DNA of 64,000 nucleotides from Cutibacterium namnetense (GCF_001642025.1 NZ_LWHO01000009.1:45156-109155), one strand, 5' to 3'; shown: positions 29,539-38,822, numbered from the stretch's first letter. Numbers and translations: made by a program. The notes: generated by a model not told the origin, from the letters alone.

Positions 29539-29714
29539 TCGTCCTCCGGCGACGCAGCATCTTCATCGTGGACGGATAACAGGGAAGGGTGCGCGCACCA
29601 CACGGCGCGATAGCTGCGGCGCAGGGATGTCACGAAGCTGAAACCTGTGGGGTGAATGATGGGAATGCAAGCATGTACTGCGAAGGTACTTCGTGACGAC
29701 TGTAGGAGGTTACT

Positions 29715-30680
29715 ATGCCCATCAAGCCACACAAACTCGGGATTATCGGGGTCGGTCGAGTCGGTGACGCTGTGCTCTCTGACGCCATGATGAGCGGTCT
29801 GTTCGGTGAGATTTGCGTCATCGACGTCAATGAGAAGTTGGCTGCCGGGCAGGCCCTCGATCAGCATCACGCCACCGCACTGCCCAACGTCACCAATGTC
29901 GCCGTGTACGCCGGTGACTACGGCGACTTGTCTGACGCCGATGTCATCATCGTGACTGCCGGCCCGTCTATCGACGCGTCCAACGGCCCAGCAACCGGTG
30001 CTGCACGGCGTGAATTGGCTGCCACTAACGGCAAGATCATCCGCTCCACCATGACGGAGATCACCAGCCGCAACCACGAGGCAGCCATCATCATATGCTC
30101 CAACCCCCTTGATGCCTTGGTCCATATCGCCAGCACCGAGTTCGATCATCCGCAGGGGTTGGTGCTCGGTACCGGAACGATCCTTGATTCGGCCCGCATG
30201 TGTCGCGTGGTCGCCGATCGTCTCGGAGTCGACCCAGATTATGTGCGTGGTTACATGATCGGCGAGCACGGCCCGTCCGGATTCCCGATGTTCACTGGAG
30301 TCAATGTCGGCGGCGTCGGCTTCGACGGCCTGGCCGAGCTCTTCGATACGGACCCGATGGACCGCGACGAGCTGACCACGCGCATTAACGATGCCGGTAC
30401 TGCCGTATTCAACTTAAAGGGCTGGACGAGCGCTGGCATCGGCCAATCGGCCGTCACCATTGCGCGCTCTATCCTCCTCAATGAACACGCCGTCTACCCG
30501 GTTTGTACCACCTTGCACGGCCAGTACGGCCACGACGGCGACGTGTCTATGGGCGTGCCGTGCGTTATCGGCGCCGCGGGTGTCGAACGCATCCTCGAGG
30601 TGCCGCTGGATGACTGGGAGCAAGAGCACCTGGCCAGTACCATCAAAGCCATCCAGGAGACCGTCGAGGCGGCTTCCTGA
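29715..30680 (+). CDS. ldh: L-lactate dehydrogenase
   Basis: KLGIIGVGRVG is the NAD-binding site. The core is LDH/MDH-family, with IGEHG marking the catalytic His region. A strong RBS TAGGAGGTT is present. Confidence 0.85.
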   Translation: MPIKPHKLGIIGVGRVGDAVLSDAMMSGLFGEICVIDVNEKLAAGQALDQHHATALPNVTNVAVYAGDYGDLSDADVIIVTAGPSIDASNGPATGAARRELAATNGKIIRSTMTEITSRNHEAAIIICSNPLDALVHIASTEFDHPQGLVLGTGTILDSARMCRVVADRLGVDPDYVRGYMIGEHGPSGFPMFTGVNVGGVGFDGLAELFDTDPMDRDELTTRINDAGTAVFNLKGWTSAGIGQSAVTIARSILLNEHAVYPVCTTLHGQYGHDGDVSMGVPCVIGAAGVERILEVPLDDWEQEHLASTIKAIQETVEAAS

Positions 30681-30712
30681 ACGCGCTTCGACGAAGCTCG
30701 TAGGATCGAGCC

Positions 30713-32215
30713 ATGGAACTCCCCTCATGGCTCGGTATCCCTACCCTCGCATTCGGATTGGGGAGCCGAACCCCCCAGCAGGGTCTCGTCCTTGCCGGGG
30801 GAGGGTCCAGAGCCTCCTTCCAGATGGGTGCACTGCGGCACCTTTACGACGTTGTCGGGATTGCCCCCACTTCGATGGTGGCCACTTCAGCCGGGTCGAT
30901 CGTGGCCTGCACCCTGGCCCAATGGACCGATCCAGCCAAGCAATCGGCGGCACTGCGTCAGCTAGAGGCGATGTGGCTCGAGATGACCGATCAGTCCGAC
31001 ATGTTCACGCCGCGGGCATGGTTTTCTCGGTTGCTCGAAATAGGCCCGGAATGGATGTCATTGCTCAACCGGGAAGCCGCTAAAACAAAGAGCCAACGTC
31101 CCTGGCTGAGCTTGCCATTCCATCGCGGCCCGGAGCAGACGAAAATCCCTGACCCCGCAGAACCTGTCGCTGGCCGTGACGACGACCGCCTCACCGGTCA
31201 GGCAAAGACCTTGGAAATCGCCACTCGTGACGACCCCATTACAGGTGGTTCCTGGACCCCAGGTGTCATCTTGCAGCTGCTATCAGCCCTGTCCCGATTA
31301 AGTCGCGACGGCGGTGATATTTCGACGATCGTGCGAGGAGCTGAGACCTCGGCGTCAACTTATCGTGCCGGACCTATCTTGGCGAAACTGCTCGATCGTG
31401 GCTTCTTCAAATCCGAATTATTAGCAACCTCGGGAATGTCAGTACGTATTGCCACAGTCGCCCTAGAATCCGGAGAGTTGCGGTACATGACCGAATCAGG
31501 GGTGCTCGTCGACCGCGACAATCAGCCGCTCGGCTCCTCAACCTTCGATGTCTCTCGCGGGGTACTCGCTTCCTGCTCCATTCCCGGGGTGTTCCGTCCC
31601 GTTGACCTCGACGGCGAGCACTACGTCGACGGTGGCCTGCGAGAAAATGTGCCCGCCGAAATGGCCATTGGGCACCTCGGCGTCACGAACCCCTATGTCA
31701 TCACCTGTTCGCCACCGGGAGCCCAGCGAGAGTCCGACTTCGGCTCTCGCAATATGCTCGATCTGGTGATGAGGTCGGTGTCGATCCTGACCGACGAGAC
31801 CGAGCGGGATGAGGTGGCCTACGCCCGCAACGCTGGAGCCGTCGTCATCGGCCCGGAGATTTCAGTGCACGACTCCATGACGGTCGACCCTGGCCTGCTG
31901 CGAATCAACCGCGACTACGGCTGGATGCGCTCAGCGGAGAAACACGTCAAGTCCGGTCTCGAGGACCACGAGCTTGTCAAGGATGCTGTGCGCACTCGAA
32001 TGCGCGGTTGGGAGCTGGAACAAGCCTGGCTCAAGGACGAAGCCTCCCGCGACGACATGGACGAAATGCAACACGTCAAGGACCATTTGCGTGACGTCGC
32101 CGCCCGACTACCCCTCGATCTGGCTCCTGACGGGGTTAAGACGTGGGGGCGGGTTCTCGAAGGACATGGCCACCCGCAGGCACCCGAGGATGTCGTCATC
32201 CCCTGGCAAGTGTAA
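30713..32215 (+). CDS. Patatin-like phospholipase
   Basis: LAGGGSRASFQMG is the oxyanion GGxR/K motif, ATSAGS the nucleophile Ser, and VDGGL the catalytic Asp. A C-terminal extension of about 200 aa follows. Confidence 0.75.
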   Translation: MELPSWLGIPTLAFGLGSRTPQQGLVLAGGGSRASFQMGALRHLYDVVGIAPTSMVATSAGSIVACTLAQWTDPAKQSAALRQLEAMWLEMTDQSDMFTPRAWFSRLLEIGPEWMSLLNREAAKTKSQRPWLSLPFHRGPEQTKIPDPAEPVAGRDDDRLTGQAKTLEIATRDDPITGGSWTPGVILQLLSALSRLSRDGGDISTIVRGAETSASTYRAGPILAKLLDRGFFKSELLATSGMSVRIATVALESGELRYMTESGVLVDRDNQPLGSSTFDVSRGVLASCSIPGVFRPVDLDGEHYVDGGLRENVPAEMAIGHLGVTNPYVITCSPPGAQRESDFGSRNMLDLVMRSVSILTDETERDEVAYARNAGAVVIGPEISVHDSMTVDPGLLRINRDYGWMRSAEKHVKSGLEDHELVKDAVRTRMRGWELEQAWLKDEASRDDMDEMQHVKDHLRDVAARLPLDLAPDGVKTWGRVLEGHGHPQAPEDVVIPWQV

Positions 32216-32242
32216 AAGTCCCAGGAACGTCCGGATACGACA

Positions 32243-32285
32243 CGACGGCGGCGAACGTCACGTTTACCGCCGTCGCAGCATTTCG
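32243..32285. terminator. Hairpin terminator between the convergent patatin and HAD genes
   Basis: A perfect 9-bp stem CGACGGCGG/CCGCCGTCG with a 16-nt loop, followed by CAGCATTTCG. Confidence 0.4.
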
Positions 32286-32293
32286 TCGATGTT

Positions 32294-33073
32294 TCAGATG
32301 AGCTCGTTGAGGTCGGCTACCGAATCAAGAATGATGTTGGGACGGTAGGGGTACTGTTCGACTTCTTCACGCTTGGTGATACCCGAGAGCACCAGGACAG
32401 TCAGCAACCCAGCTTCCATACCAGCAACCATGTCGGTATCCATCCGATCACCGATCATGGCCGTGGTCTCGGAGTGAGCCTCGATGCGATTCAAAGCCGA
32501 GCGGAACATCATCGGGTTCGGCTTTCCAACAATGTACGGCTTGTGCTTCGAGGCAGCCTCGATCATCGCAGCGACGGCACCGGTGGCGGGCAACGGGCCC
32601 TCCTTGCTGGGGCCAGTCGCGTCGGGGTTAGTGCAGATAAACCTGGCACCGTCGACGATAAACCGGACGGCCCGGGTAATGGCCTCGAAAGAGTAGGTAC
32701 GTGTTTCTCCGAGGACGACGTAGTCAGGGTCGATGTCGGTGAGGATAAACCCGGCTTCGTGCAGAGCCGTCGTCAGGCCAGCCTCGCCAATAACGTAAAG
32801 GCGCGCGCCGGGCTGCTGATCGGCTAGGAAGTGGGCGGTGGCCAGAGCCGAGGTCCAGATATTGTCCTCCGGCACCGTCAGACCAGAACCCTGCATCCGG
32901 GCAGCCAGGTCACGTGGGGTGAAGATGGAGTTGTTGGTCAGCACCAGGAATCGCTTCGAAGTGTCGACCCAACGATTAATGAGATCGCTGGCGCCAGGCA
33001 CCTCATGGTTCTCGTGGACGAGCACGCCGTCCATGTCGGTCAGCCAGCACTCGATGTCTGCGGGATCTCTCAT
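32294..33073 (-). CDS. HAD-superfamily hydrolase, subfamily IIA (NagD-like)
   Basis: The DMDGVL N-terminal motif, with GKP and the GDRMDTD motif IV. Confidence 0.8.
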   Translation of the reverse strand: MRDPADIECWLTDMDGVLVHENHEVPGASDLINRWVDTSKRFLVLTNNSIFTPRDLAARMQGSGLTVPEDNIWTSALATAHFLADQQPGARLYVIGEAGLTTALHEAGFILTDIDPDYVVLGETRTYSFEAITRAVRFIVDGARFICTNPDATGPSKEGPLPATGAVAAMIEAASKHKPYIVGKPNPMMFRSALNRIEAHSETTAMIGDRMDTDMVAGMEAGLLTVLVLSGITKREEVEQYPYRPNIILDSVADLNELI

Positions 33074-33209
33074 GGCTCCAAGCCTATCGAGATGCGGACA
33101 TACGCAAGAAGAATGCGCACTAATCGGAACTCCCGTGCATCTGGGTGCTAGGAGTGCGGCACGATGCCCAGGTCATCTGTTCCCCGGCTTCAATGAGCCA
33201 TGGCGATGA

Positions 33210-33285
33210 GGTGCCCCCACTGGGACTCGAACCCAGGACCCGCGGATTAAAAGTCCGCTGCTCTAACCATCTGAGCTACGGGGGC
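33210..33285 (-). tRNA. tRNA-Lys (anticodon UUU)
   Basis: The minus strand reads GCCCCCG TA GCTC AGATGGTTA GAGC A GCGGA CTTTTAA TCCGC GGGTC CTGGG TTCGAGT CCCAG TGGGGGC A CC, which folds as a cloverleaf. Confidence 0.9.
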
Positions 33286-33589
33286 TCCCCCAGTGTAGCG
33301 AGGTCCTGATAGCCATGCGAAACGACCCGGCATCTATCAGTTGATCCTCGACCCCACCGCGATGGGACTTGGCGATACCTACTCAAAAGCGTCAACCCGT
33401 ACTTCAGAGTTGGCATGAAATCTTTAGACTCGCCACCGCGATGGCAGCTATCGGGAGCATCGTCTTCCGTACCGCTGGCATCGCCCCTAGCCATCGCTGA
33501 TTAGAAGCCCCTTACCGGACCCTAAACAACATCTTTGAGGTTCTCAGTCTTTTCTCGGCGTGTCGTCTTGCGGACGTCGAAAAAACTCT

Positions 33590-33735
33590 TCGTTGCGAGT
33601 GGACGAAACTGGTTTTGACGCCTTGAATTGCCTTGTCACGCGAGATGTTCCTGGTTGGGTCGGTGGACGGATCCGGGGAAGAGCCAGGGGCGCCTCATAC
33701 GGAGGCGGGTCCACACGCCGGAAGGAGTCAGATCC
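33590..33735 (+). promoter_or_regulatory. Candidate c-di-AMP (ydaO/kimA-type) riboswitch in the long 5' leader of the NlpC/P60 gene
   Basis: A roughly 400-nt leader containing ...CCGGGGAAGAGCCAGGGGCGCC...ACGGAGGCGGGUCCACACGCCGGAAGGAG with the RBS embedded. ydaO elements are classically found upstream of NlpC/P60 and Rpf wall hydrolases in Actinobacteria. This is recalled from memory; the motif match has not been computed. Confidence 0.35.
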
Positions 33736-34935
33736 ATGGGTGTAGTGCGCCCACTTTGGGCCGGGGTCGCAACCCTGGCCACCGCCGGTCTCGCCATCGG
33801 CAGCAGTCAGATGTTCGTCCCCCAGGCGCAAGCCTCCAACAGTTCAGTAAAGGCCCGAGTGTCCGCTCGCACCGCCGTTAACGTCAGGGCCAAGGCGAGC
33901 ACAACCGGAAAGATTCTGGGCGTGCTTGATAGGGGCCAGCAGCTCAATCAGACTGGCATCCCGGTCAACGGCTGGGTCCCCGTTGCCTACCGCGGCCACA
34001 CCGCTTTCATTGACCACCACTACCTGTCGTCGGTCGCCTGGCGCCCATCCGCCCCCAGTCCCTCCGCCTCCAACTCGCCAGTCGGAATCGCCCAGGCGAC
34101 CACGTACGTCAATGTTCGCGCTGGGCATTCTATGCAGGCTGCCAAGGTAGGGATGCTCTCCCCCGGTGAGAGGGTCGGGTTGACCGGACGCTCCTCGCAA
34201 GGGTTTAGCGAGGTCATCTACAACGGCGTTCACCGTTGGGTGGGCTCCCGCTACCTCAGCGCCCCCAATAAGCCCACGCCAGCTCCCAAGCCCACGCCAG
34301 CTCCCAAGCCCACGCCGAGGCCAGCACCGGCCCCAGCCCCAAGGCCGGCACCGGCTAAGACCGTCTACACAACAACCAGCCTCAACCTACGAAACAGCGC
34401 CTCCACAAGCGCCCCCGTCTACACCTCAGTCCCACGCGGCACCGCCCTGGTAACCACCGGCCAAACCACCTCCGGATGGACTCAAATCACCTACCACCGC
34501 CGCACCCTATGGGCCGCCAGCAAGTACCTCACCACCAACGCACAACCCACACCGGCACCCAAACGCCCGGTGTCACCCAGAGGCGCTCGAGCCGCCATTG
34601 TGAACTACGCCACGGCTCAAATTGGCAAGGTCTACATCTGGGGCGGAGAAGGCCCCGACGGCTTCGACTGCTCCGGCCTCGTGTTGAAGGCATACCAGCA
34701 GGCGGGAATTAACCTGCCCCATTACTCGGGGTCACAGATCGAACGCGGCCATCGTATTTCCCTCGACCAGATCCAGCCGGGCGACCTCTTCGCTGCCTCG
34801 GGTGGCGGTCACGTCGGCATCTACGTCGGCAACGGGCAAATGGTGGAGGCAGCCAATCCCCGTGCCGGGGTGCGGCTGAGCCCTATTCGTTCCTCGATGT
34901 ACCCACTTCGCATCAATTCAGACATCCTGGACTGA
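33736..34935 (+). CDS. Secreted NlpC/P60 peptidoglycan endopeptidase with three SH3b-like domains and a Pro-rich linker
   Basis: A signal peptide MGVVRPLWAGVATLATAGLAIGSSQ, a (PTPAPK)n linker, and a C-terminal NlpC/P60 domain with DCSGLV (catalytic Cys) and ...GHVGIYVGNG (His). An RBS GGAAGGAG is present. Confidence 0.85.
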   Translation: MGVVRPLWAGVATLATAGLAIGSSQMFVPQAQASNSSVKARVSARTAVNVRAKASTTGKILGVLDRGQQLNQTGIPVNGWVPVAYRGHTAFIDHHYLSSVAWRPSAPSPSASNSPVGIAQATTYVNVRAGHSMQAAKVGMLSPGERVGLTGRSSQGFSEVIYNGVHRWVGSRYLSAPNKPTPAPKPTPAPKPTPRPAPAPAPRPAPAKTVYTTTSLNLRNSASTSAPVYTSVPRGTALVTTGQTTSGWTQITYHRRTLWAASKYLTTNAQPTPAPKRPVSPRGARAAIVNYATAQIGKVYIWGGEGPDGFDCSGLVLKAYQQAGINLPHYSGSQIERGHRISLDQIQPGDLFAASGGGHVGIYVGNGQMVEAANPRAGVRLSPIRSSMYPLRINSDILD

Positions 34936-34943
34936 ACCAGCAC

Positions 34944-34975
34944 GACGTCGGCAATCCTCACCGGTTGCCGACGTC
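34944..34975 (+). terminator. Hairpin terminator after the NlpC/P60 gene
   Basis: A perfect 11-bp stem GACGTCGGCAA/TTGCCGACGTC with a 10-nt loop. Confidence 0.45.
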
Positions 34976-35131
34976 TGCATTGCCACAGAAGACGTTGTGG
35001 ACACGCTGGCAGGCGCTCGTTCGCCCCGACAGTCAGTAGTGACTCTGCGCGACGATTTTTCGCCAGCGATACGACCTGGGTATGATGGCCCAGTTCGACG
35101 ATTGGTGTTGCATTGATCACGCATCCGTCGA

Positions 35132-35204
35132 GTCCCGGTCGTCCAGAGGCCTAGGACACCGCCCTTTCAAGGCGGCAACGCGGGTTCGAATCCCGTCCGG
35201 GATA
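35132..35204 (+). tRNA. tRNA-Glu (anticodon UUC)
   Basis: GTCCCGG TC GTCC AGAGGCCTA GGAC A CCGCC CTTTCAA GGCGG CAAC GCGGG TTCGAAT CCCGT CCGGGAT A. It is followed by a strong hairpin (GGGGTCTTGCATCG...CGATGCAAGGCCCC) and TTTGTT. Confidence 0.88.
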
Positions 35205-35631
35205 CTTCGGGGGGTCTTGCATCGACACGATGCAAGGCCCCTTTGTTACGTCCACACTTGATCGGTTTGTCAGCCAGCCCACCGCACCATGGCGACCCTC
35301 GGCCACCGTTCGTCCCCGCCAAGAAATGCCGATAGTGGCGTTGCCATCGCCGATTCGAGACGCTTTAACAGAAGCGGACACTCCCCTGAACACCCCTCAA
35401 CACCGGCCCCTGACCTGGTAACGCACACATTCCGTCCGCGGCACCGAAACTTTTCACCATGTTCGCTTACAGTGAACTCATCACGCCCGCGCGACAGCCC
35501 CATCGGCACATACAAATCCCCTAGTCACAGCCGTTTTCAGTCAGCACCCGCGACTCGATTTCCCTTCGAGGCAACATCCTTGCTATATTTTTCGAGCTGC
35601 CTGAGGCAGCGGTCAGGCTCGAAAGAGTCAA

Positions 35632-35705
35632 GGCCCCGTAGCGCAGTTGGTTAGCGCGCCGCCCTGTCACGGCGGAGGTCGTGGGTTCAAGTCCCATCGG
35701 GGTCG
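35632..35705 (+). tRNA. tRNA-Asp (anticodon GUC)
   Basis: GGCCCCG TA GCGC AGTTGGTTA GCGC G CCGCC CTGTCAC GGCGG AGGTC GTGGG TTCAAGT CCCAT CGGGGTC G. Confidence 0.9.
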
Positions 35706-35767
35706 CTGAAGCGGTGATGAGTTCATCACCGCTTTCGTGTTCATGAGACCTTTACGTGAACACACTT

Positions 35768-35843
35768 GGCCGGGTAGCTCAGTTGGTAGTAGCGTTCGCC
35801 TGAAAAGTGAAAGGTCACCGGTTCGACCCCGGTCCCGGCCACC
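35768..35843 (+). tRNA. tRNA-Phe (anticodon GAA)
   Basis: GGCCGGG TA GCTC AGTTGGTAGT AGC G TTCGC CTGAAAA GTGAA AGGTC ACCGG TTCGACC CCGGT CCCGGCC A CC. Confidence 0.9.
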
Positions 35844-35915
35844 TCACGGAATATTTTCCATCACCTCGAACTTCAGCCTGGTATCGACACCACTTCGCGT
35901 AACCTTCCGGAACCC

Positions 35916-36401
35916 TCACGTGGCGTGACGGAAAGCTGCCGACGAACGTGGCAGCGCGGCCAGCACGAGAGAACGCCCTAGGGCTGGTGCCAGGGCCTCC
36001 CAGACGGCCTGCCAGCCTCCAAGCGACCTGTTCCCTGGAGCTTCCACGCCGTCGCTTTGGTTATTGAGCTGGAACGTTTGAGTCCACATCAACATGGCGA
36101 GGACCGCAGCGGCGTAGGAACTCTGCCCAGCGATCGCGTAGATGAGGCCGAGCACCTTCATCGACATGTGGCCAGCAATGACGAGAGCGCTCAACGCGAT
36201 CGGTGAAAGCTGCGCAGACCCGCCAAGAACGGAGTCGTAACGTACCCCGAGAACTGCCAAATAGCCGGGATGGCCATAACCGCCATGGAGACGGCCATCG
36301 GGAGCCTTAATGCGTCCCGACGTGGTTTTACCCGCGACCCCATGCCGCACCGTCAATCTGCACCTGCTAGGCGACGGTGCCCAGCACGCGAAGTGTGCCA
36401 T
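35916..36401 (-). CDS. Hypothetical protein (coding status uncertain; possible small membrane protein from the internal start MSMKVLGLIY...)
   Basis: It is the only ORF of 60 aa or more in this 600-bp stretch. No motif or RBS was recognised. Confidence 0.25.
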   Translation of the reverse strand: MAHFACWAPSPSRCRLTVRHGVAGKTTSGRIKAPDGRLHGGYGHPGYLAVLGVRYDSVLGGSAQLSPIALSALVIAGHMSMKVLGLIYAIAGQSSYAAAVLAMLMWTQTFQLNNQSDGVEAPGNRSLGGWQAVWEALAPALGRSLVLAALPRSSAAFRHAT

Positions 36402-36443
36402 AAAAAGTGTTAACGACGCCCAAAACGCGTCAGATGTGAGCTA

Positions 36444-37400
36444 TTACGTCAAATAGGCGCCAACCCAGCGCTCCATTTCAGCGAAAACACTGGCCCGCAC
36501 CGACGGAGCGGAGAGCACCAAGTCGTGGAGTCCACCCCGGACACGGACCAGGGTGAGATGGCGGCCAAGATTGACTGCTGCACGTGCCAACCGATCGACG
36601 TCGAGGACGGTATCGGCGGTCTTCATCGACGGCTTCCACGTCGCTGAGAGGTCGCTGCGAGCGGACATAAGCACCAACAGCGGGACGTCGATGTGTAGCC
36701 CCTGAGCCACCTTCTGATGGCCATCAAGGATGGCTGCCAGCCACCCAGCACGAGTGACGAAAGGAGCCCACGACGGGTCCTTGACCTCGGGGACGTCCCA
36801 TTCCCCGCCAAACTCGCGTCGGATTGAGCGCCCGAAATTATCCCGGGACGGAATAGGCAGCACGGTCGTCGGTTCTGCGACGCGGACTGACCGAGCTAGC
36901 GGTCCGGCTAGGGCTCGGGTAAGGAACGACCCCTGAAGGTCGATCCACGGCGAGTTGAGAATGACCCCGTCGACCTGACCCGGATCACGCGCCACCCACA
37001 ACGGGACAATGAGTCCCCCGGTGGAATGGCCCATGATCGTCACCGAATCGTGGTCGGCGCGCAGCAAGGACACCGCAGCGCCGAGTTCTTCGTCGTATTC
37101 GGCCAGGTCACGAACCCAACCAGCCATCTGACCTGGGACGAGATTTCGCCCGTACCGACGCAGATCGAGCCCGAGGAAGTCATACCCCCAACTCTCTACC
37201 GCCTCAGCTAGGTGGGCTTGGTAGAAGCAGTCCGACCAGCCGTGGACGTAGAGCATGGCGCGGCCATGACGGGGCTCACCACGACGCACCACACTCGCAG
37301 TCAAGAGCCCATCGGGATCTCCAACAGCCTTAGCTGCATGCGGGAGCCCGATTCGGGCGTACTCAAACCCATCGAGCAGGGGGTCGTTCAGCCACCTCAT
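36444..37400 (-). CDS. Alpha/beta-hydrolase (lysophospholipase/monoglyceride-lipase-like)
   Basis: HGWSD is the oxyanion region, GHSTGG the nucleophile elbow (GxSxG), and a His lies near the C-terminus. Confidence 0.75.
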   Translation of the reverse strand: MRWLNDPLLDGFEYARIGLPHAAKAVGDPDGLLTASVVRRGEPRHGRAMLYVHGWSDCFYQAHLAEAVESWGYDFLGLDLRRYGRNLVPGQMAGWVRDLAEYDEELGAAVSLLRADHDSVTIMGHSTGGLIVPLWVARDPGQVDGVILNSPWIDLQGSFLTRALAGPLARSVRVAEPTTVLPIPSRDNFGRSIRREFGGEWDVPEVKDPSWAPFVTRAGWLAAILDGHQKVAQGLHIDVPLLVLMSARSDLSATWKPSMKTADTVLDVDRLARAAVNLGRHLTLVRVRGGLHDLVLSAPSVRASVFAEMERWVGAYLT

Positions 37401-37415
37401 GGCCGCATTACCGGC

Positions 37416-37619
37416 TCAGTCATCCTCGCCGTAGTGGGCGTACTTCTCAGCCAAATCTGCGTACTCATCCGACAGGCCATCCTCGTCATGAGGATCCTCC
37501 TGCTGATGGTTGTCGCCTCTCAGCTCTCGCTCCAGTGACTCGAGATCCATGTTCACCGAGCGATACTTCAAATCGCGGGCAACCTTGGTCTGTTTCGCCT
37601 TTGCACGGCCGCGCCCCAT
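37416..37619 (-). CDS. DUF3073-family small actinobacterial protein
   Basis: The N-terminus is MGRGRAKAKQTKVARDLKY... and the C-terminal tail is acidic. The start is taken at that M; the track ORF begins at 37730. Confidence 0.6.
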   Translation of the reverse strand: MGRGRAKAKQTKVARDLKYRSVNMDLESLERELRGDNHQQEDPHDEDGLSDEYADLAEKYAHYGEDD

Positions 37620-37754
37620 GTGGGTCGACCCCCTCGCTTCATCAATAGCGGCTTTGCCGCCCAAAATCATCAACTGTCGTGGGGCACAGGCTACCCGAGC
37701 GATGACCCACGTACCAAAGTGGGCCACCACAAGATGTGTTTACGGACGAACGGT

Positions 37755-38822
37755 CTAGCAACAAGGATGGTTTGAAACCAGCACCGCCCCCGGCTCATTC
37801 GTCGCGTCACGATGGGAAACACGGCCACACCGCCAAGCGGAAAGACCACGCTCGGCAAGCAGATCGATGGCTGTGGAGATGTTCGCGTCAGGCATGACGA
37901 GGACCATCCCGACTCCCATGTTGAGAGTCGCCTCAATGTCAGGCTGTGAGACGTTGCCCACCTGCTGGACGAGATTAAAGATCGGCGCTGGCGTCCACGT
38001 GGAACGGTCGACGGTGGCAACGAGGTCGTCGGGGAGGACTCGGGCTAGGTTGTTAGCTAGTCCCCCACCAGTGACGTGGCTCATCGCGTGCACGTCGACC
38101 TGGCGGATGAGGGCCAGCACATCAGCTGCATAGACCGTAGTTGGCTCCAGCAGCTCCTCACCGAGAGTGCGGCCCAACTCGTCGACGTGACGCTCCAGAG
38201 CCCAACCAGCATCAGCCAGCAGCACCTTGCGGACCAAAGAATAACCGTTCGAGTGCAACCCCGAGGAAGCCACCGCTAGCAAGGCGTCACCCTCCTGCAC
38301 TCGCTGCGGGCCGAAGATGGCGTCGTACTCGACGGCACCCGTAGTAGCACCGGCGACGTCGTACTCGTCGTCGGCCAGCAGACCCGGATGCTCAGCCGTC
38401 TCTCCGCCTAGCAGAGAACAGCCAGCCTTAACGCAGGCTGCGGCGATGCCCTTGACGACATTGGCAATCCGGTCAGGATCGACGTGGCCGCACGCAATGT
38501 AGTCAGTGACGAACCACGGCTCGGCACCCACGACGACGAGGTCATCGACGAGCATGCCAACGAGGTCAAAACCGATAGTGTCGTGAACGTCCATGGCTTG
38601 AGCGATGGCTACCTTGGTTCCAACCCCATCAGTCGAGGTGGCCAGCACCGGATGGCGGTACTTACCCAGGGCAGCTGCATCGAAAAAGCCAGCGAAACCG
38701 CCCAGGCCGCCGAGGACCTCTGGACGACGGGTAGCGGACACGTGGGCCTTCATAAGGTCGACGGCGCGCTCACCAGCCTCAATGTCAACTCCGGCACGGG
38801 CGTAGGCGGACTCGTTGCTCAC
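37755..38822 (-). CDS. purM: Phosphoribosylformylglycinamidine cyclo-ligase (AIR synthetase)
   Basis: A PurM-family protein of 355 aa. Its start overlaps the purF stop. Confidence 0.9.
   Translation of the reverse strand: MSNESAYARAGVDIEAGERAVDLMKAHVSATRRPEVLGGLGGFAGFFDAAALGKYRHPVLATSTDGVGTKVAIAQAMDVHDTIGFDLVGMLVDDLVVVGAEPWFVTDYIACGHVDPDRIANVVKGIAAACVKAGCSLLGGETAEHPGLLADDEYDVAGATTGAVEYDAIFGPQRVQEGDALLAVASSGLHSNGYSLVRKVLLADAGWALERHVDELGRTLGEELLEPTTVYAADVLALIRQVDVHAMSHVTGGGLANNLARVLPDDLVATVDRSTWTPAPIFNLVQQVGNVSQPDIEATLNMGVGMVLVMPDANISTAIDLLAERGLSAWRCGRVSHRDATNEPGAVLVSNHPCC

Noticed and set aside
30713-32215. The patatin gene as a CBASS/defence effector.
   Set aside because: There is no cyclase, nucleotidyltransferase or other defence-associated neighbour. 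The flanks are ldh and a HAD hydrolase.
33210-35843. The tRNA cluster as the boundary of an integrated mobile element.
   Set aside because: No integrase, attachment-site direct repeat or GC shift was seen between the tRNAs. The content is a single native-composition wall hydrolase gene.
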